Below, in pieces: positions 57,236-64,000 of a stretch of 64,000 bases of DNA; within the stretch, counting starts at the first letter, position 1; the number at the start of each line of letters is the position of its first letter. Position numbers and translations under genes: made by a program. The stretch is taken from positions 1-64,000 of IMG/VR virus record IMGVR_UViG_3300047678_000431, one strand, 5' to 3'. This DNA comes from a virus. The notes under the pieces are model-generated. The model saw only the letters and a list, made by a program, of their open reading frames with translations, was not told the origin of the DNA and searched no databases.

Positions 57236-58600
57236 ATGCCTGCACTGCGCACGTTTTATCAGTTCGGCATGCAAGGCCGTTCGCAAGACTGGAACAACGA
57301 CGGATATAACGTCGGTACCCTTGTCGGCGAAGTTATGGCGGCGTTCGTCGGCGAGACGGAAGTTCGCCCGTCGGTCAACGCGATCACCGTCGTTCCCGGA
57401 TCGGGCCTTTCGGTTGTGGTTGGCGGTACCGGTCAAACGGTATTCGTCCGCGATTCAAATGGGAATTTGCAGCTTGCCGATTATCTCCCGGCGGATACGA
57501 TCACCCTTGCGGCGGCCGACCCTTCGCAAACACGCATCGACCTTTTGAGTTTCGTCTACCTTGAAGGCGATGGCGGCGATTTCAATGTCGCATATGAATC
57601 GCCATCGGGGACGATAACCCAACCCCCGAATGGTGTCGAGACGCATTACGTCGCGCGGGGCGTTCAAATTACGTTAACCGAGGGAACGCCCGGGCAACCG
57701 GCCCCGGCAACCCCTGCGGGAAGCTACCCGCTCGCACATATTCAAATTCTCGCAAACGCAACATCTCTCACGACGGCGAATATCAATGTCGTCGTGCCGA
57801 CGCTCTCGCAGGCGTTACAGAGTGCCGGGTCCGCATCGAATACGACGTATTCGTCAGTGGATAATTATATCGCGTTTGACAACGTCGGGCCGAATCAAAT
57901 CGGCCTGCGACTTGTAAAACCTTATCCAACGTTTTATCAGTCCGACGATGGGTCGATCAAGTTTTCAATAACTCCGGCAACCGTCACCGAACCCGCGCTC
58001 GGTGACCCGATCACCTTACACGCAACGGTCGACCTCGCCGCCGCCACCGCCGCCACGACAATCGGATCGTCGAGTTCCCTTGCATTTAATGCCGGGGTCG
58101 TCTTTTACCGGCAACGCGGCAACGCTGGCACGAATGAAGCGGGGCTTGAACCGGGAACGCCTCTCGCACCGTATCCAAGCGGCGGCACGCAGTCGCCGAG
58201 CCCCGGCGACGCCTCGATCTCGCCGGTCGGGTGCTTTAATGGTGCCGTCGCGTTTAATTCGTCATATACGGGGCCGCAAACGATTCAAGCCGAGTTTGTC
58301 GTCATGGTCAAACCCGGTGCCGGTGCGCAAACCGTCGGCGGCGCGAATAGTAATAATGCGACGTTAAGCAATGGAACGTGCGCGGTGTATTTTGACAATA
58401 CCGCCGTGTCGACGCTCACCGGGCCGACCAATAATACGTTCACGTGGTCCGCAACAATTCCCGATGATGGTCATCCGCATATCATCGTTTTTCATATCAA
58501 CTATAATGGGCCGATCACCGCGCAGTGGAATGTTTGGTTGCCGCTTAGTGCGGGCGGGGGCGTTGACGCAACCAAGATCGGAATGGTAGGGCCGACATAA
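57236..58600 (+). CDS. tail fibre (baseplate-attached)
   Basis: GLSVVV, TLAAAD....RIDL, GTP...AP.TP....PLA.I N-terminal attachment motifs. Confidence 0.75.
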   Translation: MPALRTFYQFGMQGRSQDWNNDGYNVGTLVGEVMAAFVGETEVRPSVNAITVVPGSGLSVVVGGTGQTVFVRDSNGNLQLADYLPADTITLAAADPSQTRIDLLSFVYLEGDGGDFNVAYESPSGTITQPPNGVETHYVARGVQITLTEGTPGQPAPATPAGSYPLAHIQILANATSLTTANINVVVPTLSQALQSAGSASNTTYSSVDNYIAFDNVGPNQIGLRLVKPYPTFYQSDDGSIKFSITPATVTEPALGDPITLHATVDLAAATAATTIGSSSSLAFNAGVVFYRQRGNAGTNEAGLEPGTPLAPYPSGGTQSPSPGDASISPVGCFNGAVAFNSSYTGPQTIQAEFVVMVKPGAGAQTVGGANSNNATLSNGTCAVYFDNTAVSTLTGPTNNTFTWSATIPDDGHPHIIVFHINYNGPITAQWNVWLPLSAGGGVDATKIGMVGPT

Positions 58601-59103
58601 TGACGTTGCAAGAAGAAATCAGCGATCTTGTCGATGATGGAGAAAAGCGCGGTCGCATGTATAGCGATCTCGCAAAACAATCGCGCGATCTTTATCACGC
58701 GACCAAACTTGCATTGAGCGTCGCCGATAATCTCGATATTCCCGGATGGCATATCGAACGTGTGCCGATCCCTCTCTTCGGGGTCGAAATGCGATTATGC
58801 GAGGCGACTGAAGTCGGCGTGAAATACCATTTAAGCCGTGATGAAGCGTATGACATCACGATCGTCGTGCAACGTGGTCTTTTGCACGTGGAGTATCCCG
58901 ACGCAGGCGAAGCCGGTACGTTCGAAATGGATGCTGGCCGCATGTGGTATTTGCCCGCAAATGTCGCGCGAACGACCTTCTCCGCAGAAGTGCCGACCAC
59001 GCTCTTCGCGATACTGTACGGAAGGCCTCAAGATCGTGGAAGAACCGATGCCCCAAAGTGGCCCTTTGTCGCTGAGCCCTTGGATAGCAGAAAAGATCAT
59101 TAA
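58600..59103 (+). CDS. cupin-like protein
   Basis: H...E...VVQRGLLHV...MDAGRMWYLPANVAR. Confidence 0.5.
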   Translation: MTLQEEISDLVDDGEKRGRMYSDLAKQSRDLYHATKLALSVADNLDIPGWHIERVPIPLFGVEMRLCEATEVGVKYHLSRDEAYDITIVVQRGLLHVEYPDAGEAGTFEMDAGRMWYLPANVARTTFSAEVPTTLFAILYGRPQDRGRTDAPKWPFVAEPLDSRKDH

Positions 59104-59410
59104 GCTTTCTGAGGCGACTTCGCAACTTGCGGCGCTGGGGCAAGCGACGAATGAACGGGTGAATTCGAATTCAAGCCAACTGATAAAGCTCGAATCCGAA
59201 ATCGACCAACTCGATAATCTCCCCGATCGCGTTAAGGCGCTCGAAGACTATAATGCGGCGGACGTCGCGCGCGCGAATAAACGCAAAGAAGATCGCGAAG
59301 CGCGTCAGTCCGACATTCTCAAAGAATCCGCAAAGGGCCTCGCTACGGCGGCCGGTGGATACCTTGTCGCGCAATGGCCGACGATTTACAAATGGTTTAT
59401 GCATCACTAA
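59048..59410 (+). CDS. coiled-coil protein with hydrophobic C-terminus (holin/XhlA-like)
   Basis: Heptads, RVKALED, C-terminal hydrophobic stretch; precedes endolysin. Confidence 0.5.
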   Translation: MPQSGPLSLSPWIAEKIIKLSEATSQLAALGQATNERVNSNSSQLIKLESEIDQLDNLPDRVKALEDYNAADVARANKRKEDREARQSDILKESAKGLATAAGGYLVAQWPTIYKWFMHH

Positions 59411-59419
59411 GGGGACGAC

Positions 59420-60166
59420 ATGAGTATCATCACCGCGCATTGGTCTGCGACGTCGCCCGATGATTCGGGCGTGTATCACCGGCTCGGCGATTATCATGCT
59501 GAGTTCGGATTGATCAAACCGTTGTCAAACACGGTCTTGACGCATTGCCGAAATGCAGTCCACCCGGCCGATGTGCCGTGGAGTGATCTTTCACATATCT
59601 TCGCGGTTTGGAAGAATTACAATTTCGATACGGCGACATCATACGGGACGTGGATGTGGAATCACGATTTCCGTGATAATACTCCGAATATTGAAGTCGC
59701 CGCGTTGTGTATGGGTGGGTCGGATGTTTGCACGACCGATTTCGGCGCGCATCCGTTTACAAAGGCGCATGCGTGGATGATGGCCGGTGTCATTGCGCGG
59801 ATCGCAAAACTCAAAGGCATTGATCCGATGCAATCATTCGAGGCGGTCAATGGGTACATGAACGGGCCGCTCTTTGCGGTTTCCACGCATGGCGAGCGTG
59901 CGTACCAAACGGAGAATATGCAAGTCGAGAACGCCGATCGTGGATACTCCGGGTATCGCGGATACGGCGCGTATTCTGCCGACCCCGACATGCGATGGGA
60001 TCTTGACGTCCTCGACGTTGCCGATCTCAAGGCGCTCGGAAGTTTTCAAACCGCATACGCTGCGACGAAATCTTCGGCGGCATGGCTACGCAACGCGGCC
60101 GCGTCGATTATTCACGCAAACTACACGGCCGACATGTGGGGCCTTGACGTGGCCGTCGCGCGTTAA
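59420..60166 (+). CDS. endolysin, N-acetylmuramoyl-L-alanine amidase-like
   Basis: IITAHWSA, DYH, H...W..N, V.THGE.A, RWDL Zn-amidase pattern. Confidence 0.7.
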   Translation: MSIITAHWSATSPDDSGVYHRLGDYHAEFGLIKPLSNTVLTHCRNAVHPADVPWSDLSHIFAVWKNYNFDTATSYGTWMWNHDFRDNTPNIEVAALCMGGSDVCTTDFGAHPFTKAHAWMMAGVIARIAKLKGIDPMQSFEAVNGYMNGPLFAVSTHGERAYQTENMQVENADRGYSGYRGYGAYSADPDMRWDLDVLDVADLKALGSFQTAYAATKSSAAWLRNAAASIIHANYTADMWGLDVAVAR

Positions 60167-60441
60167 ACCTTCGAGCGATGATTCGCGAGCATGTCTGTGA
60201 TGGCGTGCTCGATGAGTGTTTGCTTCTTTACCCCGGTCCGTTTGTAGAGGGCATCAAGCTCGAGCCAAACGGATTCACTCAAACGCACGGACATGGGTAC
60301 GGTGGCTTTTGGCCCCGTGCTTGTTTGCGTGCGTGCGTGCGTGCGTTCTTGTATGTGTGTTTTCGGACTCGTGGCGAGGTCTTCTAACGAGACAGCGCCG
60401 CTTGAGTTCTGGGCATGTTGACGGGACGCACGCGCGCTCAT
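60163..60441 (-). CDS. ribbon-helix-helix DNA-binding protein with disordered N-terminal tail
   Basis: TVPMSVRL-SESVWLELDALYKRTG-VKKQTLIEHAITDML; ATGA overlap with the ATPase. Confidence 0.85.
   Translation of the reverse strand: MSARASRQHAQNSSGAVSLEDLATSPKTHIQERTHARTQTSTGPKATVPMSVRLSESVWLELDALYKRTGVKKQTLIEHAITDMLANHRSKV
60318..60365 (+). repeat. tetramer array D, 12 units, inside the RHH gene
   Basis: tgct tgtt (tgcg)5 ttct tgta tgtg tgtt ttcg. Confidence 0.9.
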
Positions 60442-61304
60442 GGTGTTTCTCCGTGCCCGAGGGCGTGAGCGGCACGGGTGACGTGCCGGATGTGAATGCG
60501 GGTCGACTCAAGATCGGCCGCGTAGGACATGGCTCGGTTCGCGATCGTACATGCAATACGCGGCACGCCTCGCGAATATTCGTAGAGTAAGGCGATTGCG
60601 CCATCGTCGAAAAGGTTCTTCTTCGCCCCGGCGACTTTAAGCCGGTGCGCAATCATTTCTTCAAGGTCGTGAGCATCGAGGCGACTGAGTTGCGTGTGCA
60701 TCGTCAAACGCGAATGAAACGCGGCATTGCCTTTGAGCACGTCGATCATTTCGGGATTCTGTCCGAACAGAAGAATTTGCACAAGCGGTCGGTCGACGGC
60801 GGTCATGTTACAAATCGACAAAAGCGCGTGAATGCCGGTCGGTCGTAAGAGATGCGCGTCGTCGAGTAAGATCACGACGGTATCGCCTTGCTCATGCTGC
60901 CGCCACGCTTCGGCCTCGAGCTTGCGTAGGGACGTTTCACTTTTTGCCCGCTCGCGCGTTTCAATCCCGAGATCGCGATTGATTTCGAGATGTATTTGCG
61001 CCTCGGTTTGCCGGGCGCCGCCGGGAACCCGGTAGAGTGACGCAACAGAATTGCGCTCCCCTGCTTCGCGGGCGAACAGCGATGCGAGCGTCGTTTTGCC
61101 TGTACCGATTTCGCCTGAAATACAGGCGATACCGAGGCGTCCGTTTATGACGTCGCGGCCGTGCTCGAGCGCCTCGCGCATCGAGCTTGTCACGTATGCG
61201 AATTTCGCATGCGGTGAAATCCGAAACGGATACTCTTTGAGATCGAACCATGTGGCGTAGGGCGAGAGCGTTTCCTCGCAGGGGGTCGTTTTGAATGTAT
61301 CCAT
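60438..61304 (-). CDS. ExeA/GspA-family AAA+ ATPase (soluble domain only)
   Basis: Y..WFDLKEYPFRISP N-terminus; Walker A GEIGTGKT; Walker B ILLDDAH; LFGQ; SR finger; SRGVPR. Confidence 0.92.
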   Translation of the reverse strand: MDTFKTTPCEETLSPYATWFDLKEYPFRISPHAKFAYVTSSMREALEHGRDVINGRLGIACISGEIGTGKTTLASLFAREAGERNSVASLYRVPGGARQTEAQIHLEINRDLGIETRERAKSETSLRKLEAEAWRQHEQGDTVVILLDDAHLLRPTGIHALLSICNMTAVDRPLVQILLFGQNPEMIDVLKGNAAFHSRLTMHTQLSRLDAHDLEEMIAHRLKVAGAKKNLFDDGAIALLYEYSRGVPRIACTIANRAMSYAADLESTRIHIRHVTRAAHALGHGETP

Positions 61305-61314
61305 CTTCTCCGCT

Positions 61315-61346
61315 TGCGTGCGTGCATTCGTGTATGCGTGCGTGCG
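61315..61346 (+). repeat. tetramer array E, 8 units, directly upstream of the ATPase RBS
   Basis: tgcg tgcg tgca ttcg tgta tgcg tgcg tgcg. Confidence 0.9.
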
Positions 61347-61378
61347 TCTCTTTTTCCTCAAAGTAAGGAGTCCTCGTT

Positions 61379-61750
61379 ATGAACGCGACCACATCGCAGG
61401 CCCTCGGGTTCTCGCTCAATTTCGTCATCGGTATCGTCGTCGGCGCGCTTGCGTCAAAGTTCACGCCGATCGCAAAAACGCAAGGCGCAATCGTCGGCAA
61501 TGAAGTCGGAACGGTCGTCGTCAATTCGGTCAATGCGGATATGGCGCCCGAATTGCGCCCGGCGGTTCTCGCGGAATTGAAGTCGATCGCGACGACCCTT
61601 GAGGCGAAGTCGCAAACCGTCGCGCAAACAGCCTCGCAGATTCTCACGAAGGTCGCCCCCTCGATTCCAACGGCGACTTCGGATCAGATTGCGCAAGTGC
61701 TTGCCGATTTCGTACTCACCTTTGAGGCCGGGTTCATCGCCGAACTCTAA
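61379..61750 (+). CDS. membrane protein, possible holin
   Basis: AAGGAG RBS; N-terminal TM, helical C-terminus; near the endolysin. Confidence 0.5.
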   Translation: MNATTSQALGFSLNFVIGIVVGALASKFTPIAKTQGAIVGNEVGTVVVNSVNADMAPELRPAVLAELKSIATTLEAKSQTVAQTASQILTKVAPSIPTATSDQIAQVLADFVLTFEAGFIAEL

Positions 61751-61751
61751 A

Positions 61752-61791
61752 CGCACGCATGCATGAAAGCAAGAACGCACGCATGCATACA
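61752..61791 (-). repeat. tetramer array F, 10 units, opposite orientation
   Basis: Minus strand tgta tgca tgcg tgcg ttct tgct ttca tgca tgcg tgcg. Confidence 0.88.
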
Positions 61792-61924
61792 CACCCTAAA
61801 GTTCGTTTCTCGGGCGCCGATAGAGAGGTATCGCCGTTTTCCGCACGATGCACGTTCCGTACTGACGCGCTTCGTGCGCAGAAGCGAGCGGCGATCCATG
61901 AGCGGCGCACGGAAGCGTAGCACT

Positions 61925-62023
61925 GCCCGCCTGTTTTCTCTCTCCGTGGGAACAGGCGGGCGTTCTTTCTTTTGAGCCGTGAGAAAACGCGTGATGACGT
62001 TGTTTTCTCACGGCTCTTTTTTT
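61925..62023 (+). terminator. two tandem intrinsic terminators
   Basis: GCCCGCCTGTT/AACAGGCGGGC + T-rich tail; GAGCCGTGAGAAAAC/GTTTTCTCACGGCTC + T7. Confidence 0.8.
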
Positions 62024-62066
62024 GTCTCTTCCGCCTTGATTTTCCGGGGTTTTTCGTGCAAATGGG

Positions 62067-62095
62067 TTGATCTTACGTCATATGTTTGTTATACT
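62067..62095 (+). promoter_or_regulatory. sigma70-like promoter for the recombinase gene
   Basis: TTGATC-17bp-TATACT. Confidence 0.7.
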
Positions 62096-62152
62096 TTACA
62101 AAGCCGATGGTTATAGGGTTTTCCATTGGTTTTCGGAAGGGAATTTTCACAC

Positions 62153-63499
62153 GTGGCGATCTCAGAACTTAAAGCCGTATCCGCGAAATCAGCGTGGGAT
62201 CAAGCGGTTGCGTGGAAGGCCTCGGCGCCTCCGCAACTGCTTGCGCGATTCATCGAAAAGGCGACCGACGGAAAGGTCAAAGGCGATCAGCTTTTGCAAC
62301 TTTTGGCCGAATATTTTCGGCTCGGTATAGCGCCCGAAACGCATTTCATCGTCGGCAATCTACGCGGGAAAGACGAGAAGGCAAAGCTCGTCATCACGAT
62401 CACGCTCAATGCGATGCTCGTGCTCGCCGAGCGCGATCCGAATTTCGGGTCGATTCAAGATGGCGAAGTCGAATTTGAATCCGACGGCCTTGCGCCGAAA
62501 TGGGCGACCGCCTACGTCCGGCGGAAAGACATCGCCGAGCCGTTTGTCGCTCGGTTGCTTTATCGCGAATATGTCGGCAAAGATTTCAACGGCAAAGTCT
62601 CCGGCGTGTGGCGTGACAAGCCCGTCTCGATGCTGTGCAAATGCGCCAAGGCGGCCGCGTTGCGTCTCGCGTATCCGACGGCGCTCGCCGGAATCTTCAT
62701 CCCCGAAGAACTCGAACGCGAGGCCGTCGACGCGGTGGATATGATCCGCGATACCTTCGCGCGCCACGAACACGCGGGCGCCGTGGTCAACACGGGAACG
62801 GGTGAAGTCATCAAACGGGCCGAGGCCGTGCCGTCCGCGCAATCCGAAAAACCGCCAGTAGAAACGCCGAAGGATTCTGATCCGGTACAAACACCCGCCG
62901 AGGCGGCAAAACCCGCGCCATCGCCAAAGGACGCGCCGGAAACGGCACCTGCGAAGCCTGCCGTGCCCCTGGTTTTCCGAGGCATCGACTCGCAAGATAT
63001 GCGCGGCCCGCTTATCCGTAAGGCATACGAGCTAATGGGCGTGCCGATTGCCAAACAATCGCACGAGCAACATCTAGCGGTCATCCGCCAGGTTTCGCAC
63101 GCGATCGGTCGTCCCGATGGGGCGGTCCCGACAGAATGGGCGGATTTTGAACTCGCCGAGCTTCGCAAGTATGTCGATTACCGGACCAAAGCGCAATCTG
63201 CGATCGCGGCCGATTCGGTCAAGTCTGCGGAAGAACCGCCGAAAACCGAATCACGCTCAAAAACGCAATCTCGCCGCGACCCGCACGCAATGACGGCCGT
63301 GATGGCGCAGATGATCGAGCGCGACACGGAGATTTACGGCCTCGATGAACACACGATCGCCAATATGTGCAAAGATATATCAAATGGCGCCCTCTCCGAT
63401 TGGCGAGAATTCTCTCGCGAGCAGGCGGCGCATCTTTTGGACACGATCCGCGCCTTCGCCGAATCGCGCGGTCTACAGAACAACCGACGGACGGGGTGA
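62153..63499 (+). CDS. RecT/Red-beta family single-strand annealing recombinase with long C-terminal extension
   Basis: WATAYVRRKD, REY, W.DKP.SML.K.A...ALR.AYP...G..IPEE. Confidence 0.88.
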   Translation: MAISELKAVSAKSAWDQAVAWKASAPPQLLARFIEKATDGKVKGDQLLQLLAEYFRLGIAPETHFIVGNLRGKDEKAKLVITITLNAMLVLAERDPNFGSIQDGEVEFESDGLAPKWATAYVRRKDIAEPFVARLLYREYVGKDFNGKVSGVWRDKPVSMLCKCAKAAALRLAYPTALAGIFIPEELEREAVDAVDMIRDTFARHEHAGAVVNTGTGEVIKRAEAVPSAQSEKPPVETPKDSDPVQTPAEAAKPAPSPKDAPETAPAKPAVPLVFRGIDSQDMRGPLIRKAYELMGVPIAKQSHEQHLAVIRQVSHAIGRPDGAVPTEWADFELAELRKYVDYRTKAQSAIAADSVKSAEEPPKTESRSKTQSRRDPHAMTAVMAQMIERDTEIYGLDEHTIANMCKDISNGALSDWREFSREQAAHLLDTIRAFAESRGLQNNRRTG

Positions 63500-63815
63500 T
63501 CGCCACGATCTAACCCTTCCCGGCCGTCGGTCAGCAAAGGCGTACTCTCTTCAAAGGGTGCGTTTTTTGCCATCTGCGGGAAACTTTCTTCCCCGAAAGT
63601 CTTGCCGAAATCAACCCTTTTGCGTTACGATTGCGCGTACACGTCCCAATCCAGGCAAAACAAAAGACCCCGGTGTACCAAGCCGGAGTCTTTTGCGGAA
63701 AACGTTGCTCCCTCTGGCGATTCGAAGCCGAAATTCTTCGAACCGTTGCCGAGAGCGATGGAGCCCGGAACCGGGACAAACAATCATCCATATAGCTTTT
63801 TTCGAGGAAACCCAT

Positions 63816-63959
63816 ATGATCGTTCGCCGTCGGCGCAGCGTCGCCGCTGCATTACCCGAGCGCCATCTACAAGATACCATTTCGAGGCGCCGGACGCAAG
63901 AACTTTACAAAAATTTGCGCCTCCCCGCCCGGCAAGTAACCGGAGGGTCGCAGGCATGA
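63816..63959 (+). CDS. 47-aa basic hypothetical protein
   Basis: GAGGA RBS; ATGA overlap with an ORF starting at 63957 that runs off the window. Confidence 0.45.
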   Translation: MIVRRRRSVAAALPERHLQDTISRRRTQELYKNLRLPARQVTGGSQA

Positions 63960-64000
63960 GCTACGGGACCTATACGGCCGCGATGCTTTCCATCGAACCG

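Noticed and set aside
32985-58600. Tailocin, eCIS or gene transfer agent instead of a phage
   Set aside because: Portal, protease, capsid and neck genes are present together with SSB, recombinase and many accessory phage genes.
60438-61304. ATPase as part of a transposon (TnsC/IstB/MuB) or a type II secretion system
   Set aside because: No transposase, terminal repeats or gsp/msh genes nearby; no TM or peptidoglycan-binding C-terminus; it is coupled to an RHH gene instead.
1-64000. tRNA/rRNA genes or stop-codon reassignment
   Set aside because: No cloverleaf or T-loop context was seen in intergenic gaps; core genes are full length in the standard code and use all three stops.

Overview
The window is a 64-kb internal segment of a tailed dsDNA phage with a contractile tail (myovirus morphotype). 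It is probably temperate or a phage-plasmid, with about 55-60% GC by eye. Layout: (i) 1-5.7 kb: leftward small-gene cassettes, each behind a copy of one promoter/inverted-repeat element, including a BrnT toxin with a shortened antitoxin and LPD29-like proteins. (ii) 5.8-13.2 kb: a putative appendage module with two very large 14-aa-repeat proteins, one carrying two LamG domains. (iii) 13.3-32.2 kb: accessory, regulatory and DNA-metabolism genes (exported glycoside-hydrolase-like proteins, XRE/LuxR/RHH/Myb-like regulators, Acb2/Tad1-like protein, lytic transglycosylase, HAD phosphatase, DUF3310, SSB). (iv) 32.2-58.6 kb: a papain-like protease, then portal, head, neck, sheath, tube, frameshifted chaperone, tape measure, baseplate and fibres. 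(v) 58.6-61.8 kb: lysis genes interrupted by an opposite-strand operon of an ExeA-type AAA+ ATPase and a ribbon-helix-helix protein. (vi) A RecT/Bet recombinase. No terminase, integrase, polymerase, tRNA, rRNA or CRISPR array was recognised. The strongest candidate novel system is the ATPase + RHH operon together with six dispersed (TGCG)n-type tetramer arrays, three of them at the operon itself. This has the architecture of a plasmid partition system but with a non-ParA/ParM/TubZ motor. All family assignments come from motif recognition by eye; no searches were run.
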